DNA of 61,967 nt, the filler included. It is 6 parts of 6 records of this genome, joined end to end, with 100 filler letters (N's around TTAATTAATTAA, not from the genome) between each part and the next. Parts side by side here need not be neighbours in the genome. Positions count along the whole stretch, not along the records: positions 11,111 to 32,720 come from SRR22947725_4610; 5 more parts are not named here. One strand, given 5' to 3'. The position numbers and the translations under genes are program-made. How positions within the stretch are numbered: position 1 is the first letter of the stretch; each line of letters starts with the position of its first letter. Under the pieces are notes generated by a model. That model was not told the origin of the DNA. It saw nothing but the letters and a program-made list of their open reading frames with translations, and ran no database searches. Positions 20,871 through 30,829 of the stretch are shown here, piece after piece.

Positions 20871-21956
20871 TTAATTAGCCATCCATGCTGCATAACGGTC
20901 GTTTACTGCTTGACCATTATCTGCCCACCAATCTGGGTTAGCAAGGATACCACCTTTCATATGCTCATCTGTATTAGGCATATGCTCCATGATATTTACA
21001 CCAGTATTGAACCATGGCTCACCGGCTTGCATAACTGGAAGTGCAGATGGACGCATAGGGCCATAGTTGATCCATTTAGCTTGATCTGCTTGTGCCTGAG
21101 TACTTGAAGCATGTACTAGGAAGTGAAGAGCTGCAGCTCTGTTTGGAGCTCCACTCATAAGCACTAACCATTCCTCTTCTAGAACTTGTCCATCCCAGAC
21201 AGTAACGTAGTCAGCACCGTCATTTAGAACAGCACCACCGATACGTCCGTTATAGGCTAGTGACATTGATACCTCACCAGAGTTGACTAGATCCAGTGGC
21301 TTAGCGCCTGCAGACCAAAATACTACGTGGTCTTTGATTGTATCAAGTTTATTGAAAGCACGATCCTGTCCTTCTTGAGTACTTAGAACATCATAGATAT
21401 CAGGAATTGCTACACCGTCAGCATACAAAGCCATCTCAACGATAGCGTTAGCCCAAGTGTGAACACCACGCTTGCCTGGGAACTTTTCTACGTCAAAGAA
21501 GTCTTGGATAGTAGAAGGTTGCTCACCAGAGAACGTGTCCGCTTTGTGGAAAGGAACATATGACCACCAAATTTGAGGAACAACACAGTCATTTGGAACG
21601 TCAACCATTAAGTCTTGGTCCATTGGTGTGCCATCAGGTGCAGGTAAGAAGATGCTTCTATCTAGCTCTTCAAATAGACCTTCATCACAACCTGTACGAG
21701 CTTGAGATGGAAGTACGTCAACGATATCCCATTGAACGTTTCCTGATTCAACTTGAGCACGAACTTCACCCAGACCACCGTTGTAACTGATCATGTTAAC
21801 GTTTCCACTTGAATAAGTATCAACGTAGGCTTTTTGTTGTGAAGCTGAATAGCCACCACCCCAAGAAACCAAAGTTACATCTGCTTGAACTGCGCCAGCC
21901 AACATCGCTGTTGAAATAGCACTTGCAACCAGAGTTTTTGATATTACATTTTTCAT
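20871..21956 (-). CDS. ABC transporter solute-binding protein (PotD/PotF-like family)
   Basis: Signal peptide, VSWGGGY, QVESGNVQWDIVD and YNGRI. Confidence 0.92.
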   Translation of the reverse strand: MKNVISKTLVASAISTAMLAGAVQADVTLVSWGGGYSASQQKAYVDTYSSGNVNMISYNGGLGEVRAQVESGNVQWDIVDVLPSQARTGCDEGLFEELDRSIFLPAPDGTPMDQDLMVDVPNDCVVPQIWWSYVPFHKADTFSGEQPSTIQDFFDVEKFPGKRGVHTWANAIVEMALYADGVAIPDIYDVLSTQEGQDRAFNKLDTIKDHVVFWSAGAKPLDLVNSGEVSMSLAYNGRIGGAVLNDGADYVTVWDGQVLEEEWLVLMSGAPNRAAALHFLVHASSTQAQADQAKWINYGPMRPSALPVMQAGEPWFNTGVNIMEHMPNTDEHMKGGILANPDWWADNGQAVNDRYAAWMAN

Positions 21957-21986
21957 TTATATTTCTCCTTATGTTAAATCTAGACT

Positions 21987-23075
21987 TTATCCATCTAAAG
22001 CTAGACAATCCTCCGACATCCAACCGATATCAACTTGTTTACCTTCTTTGAGGGTCACATTATCAATTGAATTTGGAATTTTGACGATAAAATCGTCGTG
22101 TCCACACACACTAAAGCGTGTGCGAATATGGTCACCATGATAGATTAATTCTTCTACCTTGGCTGAATACGTGTTTGGGGTTTTACCTTTAGAAGGAGAA
22201 ACCATAATTCTTTCAGGTCTTAACGATAAGGTAGCTCGATCACCGGCCTTATTAACGTTAACCTTTGAGGCTATAACTATATCTCCTGAGTCAGTTTTAA
22301 TAGTTGCCTTATCACCATCAATGGATTCAACAGTTCCCATCAATCGATTATTTTCACCAATAAAATTAGCTACAAAAGCATTTTCAGGTTTTTCATAAAG
22401 GTCCTCTGGAGAAGAGCACTGTAAAACGACACCATCATCAAATACTGCAATTCGATTTGACATTGTAAGCGCTTCAGTTTGATCATGGGTAACGTAGACT
22501 ACGGTTAATCCAAGGCTCTCATGCAGGTGTTTAATTTCATACTGCATTTGCTCTCTTAGGTTTTTATCCAGTGCGCCTAATGGCTCATCCATCAGAACTA
22601 AATCGGGATCAAATACTAGAGATCTTGCCACTGCGACACGCTGTTGTTGTCCGCCAGATAGTTGCATTGGGCGTCTATTACCAAAATCACCAAGCTGAAC
22701 CATATCAAGAGCACGATTAACCTTTGCTTCTCTCTCAGCTTTGCCCATTTTACGAACTTCTAGTGGGAATGCTAAGTTCTCAGCAACCGTCATGTGTGGG
22801 AAAAGTGCATAGTTTTGAAATACCATTCCAATACCTCTCTTGTGAGGAGGGACATTGTTGATTGGTTTTTCTTTCAAATAAATCGTCCCATTTGTGGTTG
22901 GTTCAAAACCTGCAAGCATCATCAGGCATGTCGTCTTTCCAGAGCCTGATGGTCCTAACATGGTAACAAACTCTCCTGGAGCAACATCTAGGTTAAAATC
23001 TTTGACAACTAGTATCTCACCATCATAACTTTTTTGAACGTTTTCAAATTTAACTAACGGTTCTGTATTACTCAT
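21987..23075 (-). CDS. ABC transporter ATP-binding protein (PotA-like, TOBE domain)
   Basis: GPSGSGKT, LSGGQQQR, LMDEP and VTHDQ. Confidence 0.95.
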   Translation of the reverse strand: MSNTEPLVKFENVQKSYDGEILVVKDFNLDVAPGEFVTMLGPSGSGKTTCLMMLAGFEPTTNGTIYLKEKPINNVPPHKRGIGMVFQNYALFPHMTVAENLAFPLEVRKMGKAEREAKVNRALDMVQLGDFGNRRPMQLSGGQQQRVAVARSLVFDPDLVLMDEPLGALDKNLREQMQYEIKHLHESLGLTVVYVTHDQTEALTMSNRIAVFDDGVVLQCSSPEDLYEKPENAFVANFIGENNRLMGTVESIDGDKATIKTDSGDIVIASKVNVNKAGDRATLSLRPERIMVSPSKGKTPNTYSAKVEELIYHGDHIRTRFSVCGHDDFIVKIPNSIDNVTLKEGKQVDIGWMSEDCLALDG

Positions 23076-23275
23076 AAATAAACACTTTTTTAACGAAAAA
23101 AAATTACCTAGATGATATTTATCACCTTTACATTGTTTTAAGAGATTGAAATTACATCAAACTTTTGCTACAAATTTACTTTAATGAAAGCCTTTTGTAA
23201 AGCGAAAATTGAGCTTAATTCAACAATACTTCTCAATACTTAATCGAAATATACCATATTGATCGGAGTGAATGT

Positions 23276-23289
23276 TTCCAATATTGGAA
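23276..23289. promoter_or_regulatory. Perfect 14-bp palindrome TTCCAATATTGGAA, candidate operator of the ABC operon
   Basis: Perfect dyad about 200 bp upstream of the ATPase start. Confidence 0.45.
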
Positions 23290-23361
23290 CAAAAACAATG
23301 CATTTATTTCGATTCTAAAATTTATTGATGGTTTAATAATTTCAAAATACATTAAACATTC

Positions 23362-23392
23362 AAAAAAAAAGGCGGCTATAAGCCGCCTTTTT
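23362..23392 (-). terminator. Rho-independent terminator after the NCS2 permease
   Basis: AAAAAGGCGGCT-ATA-AGCCGCCTTTTT with a T9 tract on the minus strand. Confidence 0.9.
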
Positions 23393-23406
23393 AAAACTAA
23401 TAGTTA

Positions 23407-24780
23407 TTAGTCTTCTACCTTTTCGCCCATAATGGCGCTCAAAATTAGAACAGTTAAACCACCAGTTGTAATTGCAGAGCTAAAGATACTGCCCATGAGC
23501 TTACCAAATGTACCGCCAATATTGCTCGCTAAAGCGCCAGCAAATTGCGGCACTAAGAGAACACCTAGGCCCATACCAAATGAAACGGCTAGGATCAACA
23601 TATTTCGACGGTTCATATCAACTGTTGAAAGAATTTTAATTCCCGCAATAGCGACCGTACCAAACATCACGATAGTTGCACCGCCAAGAACTGATGCTGG
23701 AAGTGCCCTCAATATTGAGCCTACATGGGGAAATAAGCCCATTAGTATTAAGATTCCACCAATCCACACACCCACATGACGACTAGCAATACCAGTCAGA
23801 TGAATCACGCCATTGTTTTGACTGAAAGTTGTATTTGGAAAAGTATTAAAAACTGCAGCAATCGCAGAATTAACACCGTCACCTAGGACACCATTCTTGA
23901 TTCGATTAATATAGCCCTCACCTTTAACATCTTGCTTTGATATCATGCAGTTTGCAGTTATATCACCAGAAGATTCAATGGCTGTAATGACATATATTAG
24001 CGCAATAGGTATGAAAGCAATAATATCAAAATCAAATCCATACCTAAATGGTATAGGGATGCTTATAGATTCTTGAACAGCAAATACTTGACTTGTATTT
24101 ACTTCTCCCATGACTAAGGCAATAATAAATCCAATTACTAAGCCAATAACAATTGAAGATAAACGGATCCATTGATTATTTGAGCGGTTCAAAATAATGA
24201 TTGATATCATCACTATAAAGCCAAGTGCTATTTTAGATAATGAGCCCCAGAACTCAGGTTTATTATCTAGTAGCCACTGTCCACCACCTAGATCAGTCAA
24301 ACCAACTTTGATGAGGCTTATTCCAATGATTGTTATGACTGTTCCAGTCACGATTGGTGTGATGAGTTTTCTGAGTTGCGGTAGAAACTGACTCAAGCCG
24401 ATTTCTATAAATGCTCCCAAGAAACAAACACCCATAATCATTGCAAGAATTTCCTCTGGTCCACCACCTTGTGCTTTAGCTAAGAAGCCGGCTGCAAGAA
24501 CTGAGCTTAGAAACGCAAAGCTTGTTCCCTGGACACAGATCATTCCAGCACCAACATTCATTGGTTTTTTAGCTTGGATGATTGTGCCAACTCCTGAGAC
24601 CATCAGCGCCATACTGATTAGATAAGGTATTTGCTCACCTAGTCCAAGTGCACCACCAATGATTAAGGTCGGTGTGATAACACCAACAAAACTTGCAAGC
24701 ACATGTTGAAGTGCGGCAAAGAACTTTTCAGCAGGTGGTGGATCTGCTTCGAGTTCGTAAATTAACTCTGAATCACTCAT
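23407..24780 (-). CDS. NCS2 family xanthine/uracil permease
   Basis: ALQHVL, QGTSFAF, ESSGD and the NAT motif TTFSQNNGVIHLTG. Confidence 0.95.
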   Translation of the reverse strand: MSDSELIYELEADPPPAEKFFAALQHVLASFVGVITPTLIIGGALGLGEQIPYLISMALMVSGVGTIIQAKKPMNVGAGMICVQGTSFAFLSSVLAAGFLAKAQGGGPEEILAMIMGVCFLGAFIEIGLSQFLPQLRKLITPIVTGTVITIIGISLIKVGLTDLGGGQWLLDNKPEFWGSLSKIALGFIVMISIIILNRSNNQWIRLSSIVIGLVIGFIIALVMGEVNTSQVFAVQESISIPIPFRYGFDFDIIAFIPIALIYVITAIESSGDITANCMISKQDVKGEGYINRIKNGVLGDGVNSAIAAVFNTFPNTTFSQNNGVIHLTGIASRHVGVWIGGILILMGLFPHVGSILRALPASVLGGATIVMFGTVAIAGIKILSTVDMNRRNMLILAVSFGMGLGVLLVPQFAGALASNIGGTFGKLMGSIFSSAITTGGLTVLILSAIMGEKVED

Positions 24781-24808
24781 ATTAACTCCCCTTTTAAGTT
24801 AAATAATA

Positions 24809-24834
24809 TTGACAGGAATTGTCAACAATTGACA
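24809..24834. promoter_or_regulatory. Nested dyads TTGACA-N5-TGTCAA-N3-TTGACA upstream of NCS2; candidate operator
   Basis: Three alternating TTGACA half-sites with an internal ATTGT-CA-ACAAT dyad. Confidence 0.5.
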
Positions 24835-24945
24835 TATTAACACAATTTTTTTAGGGGTTTTATTAATATTTAACCAATAGATATCATTGATTTAAAATTC
24901 TTTAATATAGATTAAAATCTAAAGGGATTGTTGCGATTTATTTGA

Positions 24946-25034
24946 TGGTGCCCGGAGCCGGAATCGAACCGGCACGGAGTTTAACCTCCGCAGGATTTTA
25001 AGTCCTGTGTGTCTACCAATTTCACCACCCGGGC
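24946..25034 (-). tRNA. tRNA-Leu(TAA)
   Basis: Reverse complement GCCCGGG...CAGGA-CTTAAAA-TCCTG, long variable arm, GGTTCGATTCC and encoded CCA; 89 nt. Confidence 0.97.
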
Positions 25035-25116
25035 AGAGATGTTTGGAGAACGGCAAATTATATACTATCGATATTAATTATTTTTATCATTTATTATTGA
25101 AGATACTATTCAAACC

Positions 25117-26034
25117 TTAAAATCTTTCATTAAGCCATTCAATAAAATCGGTGGTAGTTTGGTCCCGATTGATTTCGTTTAAAGTTTCATGACGAGTACC
25201 CTCTAAAATTGTACTAGTGACATCTTTCATCCCTTGATTTTTAAGTTTTGTAGCCAGTTTAATCATATCTCTTCCATTATTTGTGCATGGATCTTCAGCA
25301 CCTCCAATAATATGAACTGGAAGGTTATTAGATAATCTTATTAGGTTGTTTTTATGTCCTGCATAAAAAACACCCTCTAGGATATCCATCCACATTGATA
25401 TGGATGCTTCAAATCCGCAAAGTGAATCATCTACATAAAGGTCAACTTCTTTTTCATCTTGTGAGAGCCAGTCAAATTCGGTTCGATTGGGTTTAAATTT
25501 AGCATTCCAAGCCCCAAAAGAGAGCTTCCAAGCAAAGAGGCTTGGTAAGTGAGGTTTCCTAAAAATTGATTCGAGAGATAGAATGACTCTAGATGCTCTT
25601 GGTAATAAACCAGTTTCAATTCCACTATTCCAGCAAGCTAAGGCATTAACATGTTCAGGATATTTGAGAGCAAAATTCAAATTTACGATGGAGCCAAGAG
25701 AGTGACCAAAGCAAATGACAGGTTTATTCTGATGCCTTTTTTTTGCTAGCTTTACTATTTCATTTTGATCTTCTAGGATTAACTCAAAGCCGTTTGATTT
25801 GGCAAATACGCCTTGAGGCGCTTCATGGGACCATGTTTGACCATGGCCTCTTATGTCATGAGTGTAGACTGCATAGCCTGATTTACAGAGTTCATTTGCA
25901 AATCTTTTATACCTCAGTGCATGCTCAACCATTCCATGAGAAATATGTATGATTGCCTTTACCTCATTATTTGGAATCAGACTGTAGAGATTAATTTGTG
26001 ATCCAGTTTGACTTTGATAAATTTCATTTTTCAT
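25117..26034 (-). CDS. Alpha/beta hydrolase (lysophospholipase/PldB-like)
   Basis: HGMVEH, DIRGHG, GHSLG nucleophile elbow and RHETLNE; ATG at 26034 is preceded by GAAAGG. Confidence 0.9.
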   Translation of the reverse strand: MKNEIYQSQTGSQINLYSLIPNNEVKAIIHISHGMVEHALRYKRFANELCKSGYAVYTHDIRGHGQTWSHEAPQGVFAKSNGFELILEDQNEIVKLAKKRHQNKPVICFGHSLGSIVNLNFALKYPEHVNALACWNSGIETGLLPRASRVILSLESIFRKPHLPSLFAWKLSFGAWNAKFKPNRTEFDWLSQDEKEVDLYVDDSLCGFEASISMWMDILEGVFYAGHKNNLIRLSNNLPVHIIGGAEDPCTNNGRDMIKLATKLKNQGMKDVTSTILEGTRHETLNEINRDQTTTDFIEWLNERF

Positions 26035-26113
26035 AAATATAGCCTTTCTTTCAGAGTGCAAAATAATTCTGTAAAATTTACTATTTTAAAGCGCAATTCT
26101 CGAGGATATTTCT

Positions 26114-26323
26114 TTGATCATTAAATTAATATTGGTTTTGCTATTAGGCTGGACTGGGTTTAGTCTTATTAAAAGGTTTAAGGTTTCAAGCTCAAATCGA
26201 TCATCTCAAAAAGGTGCCGGTCAAAAAATGGTTGCCTGTGTCATTTGTGACACTCATGTTCCTGAGTCTGATGTTGTTATTAAAAATGGTAAAAATTACT
26301 GCTCAAAAGAGCATGCGGAGTAA
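26114..26323 (+). CDS. PP0621-like small membrane-anchored zinc-finger protein
   Basis: N-terminal TM helix and MVACVICDTHVP...YCSKEH. Confidence 0.8.
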   Translation: MIIKLILVLLLGWTGFSLIKRFKVSSSNRSSQKGAGQKMVACVICDTHVPESDVVIKNGKNYCSKEHAE

Positions 26324-26329
26324 ATTGAA

Positions 26330-26989
26330 ATGAAGTTTCTATTAGATTTTGGTCCTATCGTTCTATTTTTTATAGTCTATAAGTACTATGGACTTTATGC
26401 AGCAATTTACGCAATGATTGCATCAACATTTGTTCAAATTATGTACTCAAGGGTAACAACTGGAAAATTTGTGACGTCACAGGTTCTCACTTTTGCTCTT
26501 CTTGTTGTTTTTGGAGGAATTAGTATTGTTCTTAGAGATCCAGCTTTTGTCATGTGGAAGGTGAGTGTTCTTTATGTAGTTTTTGCGGCAGTTCTGATTG
26601 GAAGTAACTATATAGGAAGCAAAACTTTACTTGAAAGGATGATGGGTAAGGAGCTTCAGTTGCCCAGAAACACATGGGTTAATTTAACTTGGTTTTGGAG
26701 TTTGGGATTTATTATTATTGCCATCATTAACGCTTTTTTTGTCAATACAGCTCTCAGTGCGAGAAATCTATTCTTAAATAGTGGTTCAATAGTTGACCCT
26801 AAGATAGATCTGAAAAATTTTGACTGTAGCCAGAGCCCGCTTGAAAGCCTTTGTTTAATAGCTCAAAGCTCAGAAGAATCTTGGGTGAACTTTAAATTGT
26901 TTGGTACCTTGGGGCTTACTTTAGTTTTAATCATCATTACAGTATTAATGCTCAGTAAGCACATTAAAGAGAAGCAAACTGATTCCTAG
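26330..26989 (+). CDS. yciB: Inner membrane protein YciB (IspZ)
   Basis: MKFLLDFGPIVLFF, VVFGG, WK and WVNFKLFG. Confidence 0.92.
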   Translation: MKFLLDFGPIVLFFIVYKYYGLYAAIYAMIASTFVQIMYSRVTTGKFVTSQVLTFALLVVFGGISIVLRDPAFVMWKVSVLYVVFAAVLIGSNYIGSKTLLERMMGKELQLPRNTWVNLTWFWSLGFIIIAIINAFFVNTALSARNLFLNSGSIVDPKIDLKNFDCSQSPLESLCLIAQSSEESWVNFKLFGTLGLTLVLIIITVLMLSKHIKEKQTDS

Positions 26990-27019
26990 TTAATTTCTTA
27001 TACAGATTAAATTCTCTAA

Positions 27020-28843
27020 TTGGAGAGATCCTTGTCAAAAATAGGTGCACTCGTAGCATACAAAAGTAAACCAGCAAAAGTGGTCTCTGCAACAACGCAT
27101 AAATATGAGATCACTTTTTCAGATGGCACTAGCCAGAAAGTAAGAGAGAAGGATTTCCGTTTTATTCACCCTGAATTTAATACAATCAACCAAAATTGTC
27201 CTGATGTAGATACTTCAATTTTGTTCGACTTGGATGCTGAGTCATTACCACTTCAGGAAATTACTGAGTGGCTTTTTGATGACTTTACCCCACAAAGTGC
27301 CTGGTATGTTTACTTGATGAGTGAAGATAGTTTATATTTTTACTGGAATAAGGATTTATTAATTCTTCGAACTCCAGAGCAAATTCAATCTATTAAGAAT
27401 CAAAGAAAAGATAAAGCACTAGAGCAGGAAAGCCTGAATAGATGTATTAAAAACCTAGAAAATAATTTATTTGATGATGAGGATATTTTTTGGATTAATG
27501 AGGTAGAGCAGGTTGCCCTTAATCAATCGAAGCACTCTAAGGCAATGAGTGCTTTATCAATCGAAAATTCACCAGAAAATGCTCACTCGTTACTTCTTAA
27601 TATCAGTTATTGGTCAGAGCTTAATAATCCCTACCCACAGAGAAATAAAATTTATCCTGATGAAGATTTAGAGTTTGATGCAGTCAAGTTAGATAGAAAA
27701 GATTTAACCTACCTGACGTGTCTTGCAATTGATAATAGCTATTCCAGTGACGCAGATGATGCAATCAGTATCGATGGAGATAGAATATGGGTTCATATTG
27801 CAGATGTAGCTAGTTTTGTAGATATTGATAGTGAGCTAGATATTTTTGCAAGGAAAAGGATATCTAATCTTTATCTCCCAGATCAAATTTTTCACATGCT
27901 TCCCCCAATGCTTTCAGAAGTTTGCTCACTCGGAGCAAAGAATTTATCAAACGCTATTTCAATTGGGTTCTTACTCAATGAATTTGAAGTCAATGATATA
28001 CAAATATACTTAAGTCAAATTAAAGTTACTAAGATGAGTTATGAGATGGCTGATAAGGAAATCAATTCAAATAGCACTTTAGCAGCATTAAATGAAATTG
28101 CAAAAGTTCATAAAGCCTATAGAGATGGTAATGGCGCCATCCAACTCAATCTTCCAAATACCGATATAAAGCTTAAAGATAGTAAGGTTCACATTTTTCC
28201 TCAAACAGATAGTGAGAGCAGAAGTTTGGTTTCAGAGATGATGATTCTTGCGGGGCGAGTCATTGCAGAGTTTTCAGTTGAGAACAGTATATCAATGCCA
28301 TACCTATCGCAAGAGCCAGGAAATTTCAGTGATGAAGTTATTAAAAATATTAATAAGCTTTCTCCTTCAAAAGCTTTTGAGGCTGCAAGAGGATTTAATA
28401 GATCTAAACTATCTGTAAAGCACTCATTACACTCAGGATTGGGTTTAGAGGCTTATTTAAGAGTAACAAGCCCAATGAGGCGCTATCTTGATTTGCTTGT
28501 TCAGCAACAATTAGTTAGATTCATTACTAAGAATGATTTACTTAATGAGACTGACATCAAAGATAGGATTAAAGCGGTTAATTCTTCAATGTCCAAAATC
28601 AATAAAGCCACTAAGCAGAGTGTTGAGCACTTCAGATGCGTTTATTTCAAACAAAATAAACAATGGGAAGGACAGGGCGTCATTGTTGAAGTTAAAGGCC
28701 AAAAGGCTTCTGTATTAATTCCTGAGCTTGCAATGACTACTCAAGTCAAATTCAAATCAAAAGTTGCGATTGAAGAGGAGATTAAGCTGAAGGTTATTTC
28801 AAGTAATTTGTTTGAGAGATCAATTGATTTCAAGCCACTCTAG
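27020..28843 (+). CDS. RNB-domain exoribonuclease (RNase II/R family)
   Basis: IDNSYSSDADDA catalytic motif, VHIADV, SEMMILAG and TSPMRRYLDL; the true start may be TTG at 27032, which has GGAG upstream. Confidence 0.92.
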   Translation: MERSLSKIGALVAYKSKPAKVVSATTHKYEITFSDGTSQKVREKDFRFIHPEFNTINQNCPDVDTSILFDLDAESLPLQEITEWLFDDFTPQSAWYVYLMSEDSLYFYWNKDLLILRTPEQIQSIKNQRKDKALEQESLNRCIKNLENNLFDDEDIFWINEVEQVALNQSKHSKAMSALSIENSPENAHSLLLNISYWSELNNPYPQRNKIYPDEDLEFDAVKLDRKDLTYLTCLAIDNSYSSDADDAISIDGDRIWVHIADVASFVDIDSELDIFARKRISNLYLPDQIFHMLPPMLSEVCSLGAKNLSNAISIGFLLNEFEVNDIQIYLSQIKVTKMSYEMADKEINSNSTLAALNEIAKVHKAYRDGNGAIQLNLPNTDIKLKDSKVHIFPQTDSESRSLVSEMMILAGRVIAEFSVENSISMPYLSQEPGNFSDEVIKNINKLSPSKAFEAARGFNRSKLSVKHSLHSGLGLEAYLRVTSPMRRYLDLLVQQQLVRFITKNDLLNETDIKDRIKAVNSSMSKINKATKQSVEHFRCVYFKQNKQWEGQGVIVEVKGQKASVLIPELAMTTQVKFKSKVAIEEEIKLKVISSNLFERSIDFKPL

Positions 28844-29527
28844 CTTGTTATCCAGCTTAATTGCATTGCCTTTTTGAGTCGACCAGTCACCTAAAACATG
28901 CCTAGTGTAATTGCTATCAGTATGAGTATTTTGTCTATGCGTATGTCCATGAATGAGGTCAAAGCCAGGGTATTTGGACATCAATAAATCGGTTGCATTT
29001 TGATTAACATCCATAATTTTTTCAGATTTATAAGCCTGCGCCTCAATACTTTTCTCTCGCAGTTGCCCTGTTAACTTAAGCCTCATATTTTTTGATAAAT
29101 TTAAAAAAATGAACTGAATAATTGGATTTCTAAGGACTTTCTTTAATTTTTGATAGTTGATATCATCTGTACACAAGCTATCTCCATGAATTAAAAGGTA
29201 TTTTTTTGAGTTATGTACAAGTTCAAATGGTTCTTTGATTAATTGACAACCAGATGTTTTTTCAAAATTCTTTGATAGTAAAAAATCACGATTACCAACC
29301 ATCACAAAAACATTTGTTTTTTCTGAAAGATCTTTAAGTATCGATGTGATCACTTTGTAGCTTGCTAGAGAAGCATCATCTCCAATCCAAGAGTTAAAAA
29401 GATCTCCTAAGATAAAAAGTTGATCGACTTTTGAGGCATGCTCATTACAAAAATTTTCAAACAGCTTGACCTTATCCAGTTCAACATTGGTTAGATGTAG
29501 ATCAGAAATGATTAATGTGCTCAGCAT
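28820..29527 (-). CDS. lpxH: UDP-2,3-diacylglucosamine diphosphatase
   Basis: SDLHL, LGDLF, GNRDFL, HGDSLCTDD, HGHTHR and LGDW. Confidence 0.95.
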   Translation of the reverse strand: MLSTLIISDLHLTNVELDKVKLFENFCNEHASKVDQLFILGDLFNSWIGDDASLASYKVITSILKDLSEKTNVFVMVGNRDFLLSKNFEKTSGCQLIKEPFELVHNSKKYLLIHGDSLCTDDINYQKLKKVLRNPIIQFIFLNLSKNMRLKLTGQLREKSIEAQAYKSEKIMDVNQNATDLLMSKYPGFDLIHGHTHRQNTHTDSNYTRHVLGDWSTQKGNAIKLDNKLEWLEIN

Positions 29528-29564
29528 ATTTAATTAACGCCAGAGTTCATCTAGCGCAATAAAA

Positions 29565-30053
29565 TTAATCTTTTATCGTTGCCTTTAAAATAATGACAGC
29601 CTCGCCTGGGACATCAGCATGTCCTCCAAGGTTGATTGTTTCTACTTTTTCAATCTTATCAACAATATCTTGACCAGCGACAACCTCACCAAAGACGCAG
29701 TATCCCCAGCCATCTTGGCCAGGAAAATCTAAAAACTGGTTATCATTTGTGTTTATAAAAAATTGTGAACTGGCTGAGTGAGGAGCCATTGTTCTGGCCA
29801 TAGCGAGACTATATTTGACATTCTTTAAGCCATTTTTTGCTTCATTCTCAATTTGAGCTTTCGTTGTTTTTTGGACCATGTCTTCTGTCATGCCACCACC
29901 TTGAATCATAAAGTTTGGAATCACTCTATGAAAAATAGTACCATCAAAGAACCCTTCTTCTACATAATCGGTAAAGTTTTTGGCCGTAATCGGTGCCTTT
30001 TCAGTATCAACAGTAATATGAATTTCACCCATATTGGTCTCTAAAATAATCAT
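29565..30053 (-). CDS. ppiB: Cyclophilin-type peptidyl-prolyl isomerase
   Basis: FHRVIPNFMIQGGG, AMART and SQFFIN; ppiB-lpxH synteny. Confidence 0.95.
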   Translation of the reverse strand: MIILETNMGEIHITVDTEKAPITAKNFTDYVEEGFFDGTIFHRVIPNFMIQGGGMTEDMVQKTTKAQIENEAKNGLKNVKYSLAMARTMAPHSASSQFFINTNDNQFLDFPGQDGWGYCVFGEVVAGQDIVDKIEKVETINLGGHADVPGEAVIILKATIKD

Positions 30054-30172
30054 GTTTAATCTCAGTTAATTTAAAAGATGGAATTATAACTTATTTAGTT
30101 AACACTTCTTTCATTAAGAGCAGTGATCAAGTATAATTCACTCTTTTTTTAACAATCATATTAGGATTTGTT

Positions 30173-30484
30173 ATGTACGCAGTAATTAAAACAGGTGGAA
30201 AGCAGTACCGAGTATCTGAAGGTGAAACACTAAAGATTGAAAAGCTTGAAGTCGAGCCTGGAAAGAAAGTTACCTTTGATGAGGTTCTGATGGTCGCAGA
30301 TGGTGACAAAGTTCAGGTTGGTTCGCCACTTGTTACAAAAGCAACTGTTGAAGCTAAAGTGATCTCTCAAGGTAAAGGTAAAAAAGTACATATTCTAAAA
30401 TTTAAACGTCGTAAGCACTCCATGAAACAACAAGGACATCGTCAGTTGTTTACAGAAGTACAGATCGATAAAATTAAAGCATAA
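30173..30484 (+). CDS. rplU: 50S ribosomal protein L21
   Basis: [14 protein letters not shown]...GHRQ. Confidence 0.99.
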   Translation: MYAVIKTGGKQYRVSEGETLKIEKLEVEPGKKVTFDEVLMVADGDKVQVGSPLVTKATVEAKVISQGKGKKVHILKFKRRKHSMKQQGHRQLFTEVQIDKIKA

Positions 30485-30494
30485 GGAGTAATCT

Positions 30495-30752
30495 ATGGCA
30501 CATAAAAAAGCTGGCGGTAGTACTAATAACGGTAGAGATTCGGTATCTAAAAGACTTGGAGTAAAACGTTTTGGTGGTCAAGCAGTTCTTGCAGGAAATA
30601 TCTTGGTTCGTCAAAGAGGAACAAAGTTTCATCCTGGAACTAATGTCAAGAAAGGAAAAGATGACACTTTATTTGCAGTTGCCGATGGAAAAGTCCAATT
30701 TGAAAAGAAAGGCAAATTTAATCGTCAATATGTCTCGATTCAAACTGCCTAA
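30495..30752 (+). CDS. rpmA: 50S ribosomal protein L27
   Basis: [27 protein letters not shown] ribosome-binding site. Confidence 0.99.
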   Translation: MAHKKAGGSTNNGRDSVSKRLGVKRFGGQAVLAGNILVRQRGTKFHPGTNVKKGKDDTLFAVADGKVQFEKKGKFNRQYVSIQTA

Positions 30753-30770
30753 TTGTTAAATATTTATTAC

Positions 30771-30800
30771 TTAAAAAAGCGCCTTCAGGCGCTTTTTTAA
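30771..30800 (+). terminator. Rho-independent terminator after rpmA
   Basis: TTAAAAAAGCGCC-TTCA-GGCGCTTTTTTAA. Confidence 0.92.
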
Positions 30801-30829
30801 TATTAATCTCATTTATAATTTATCTTATT

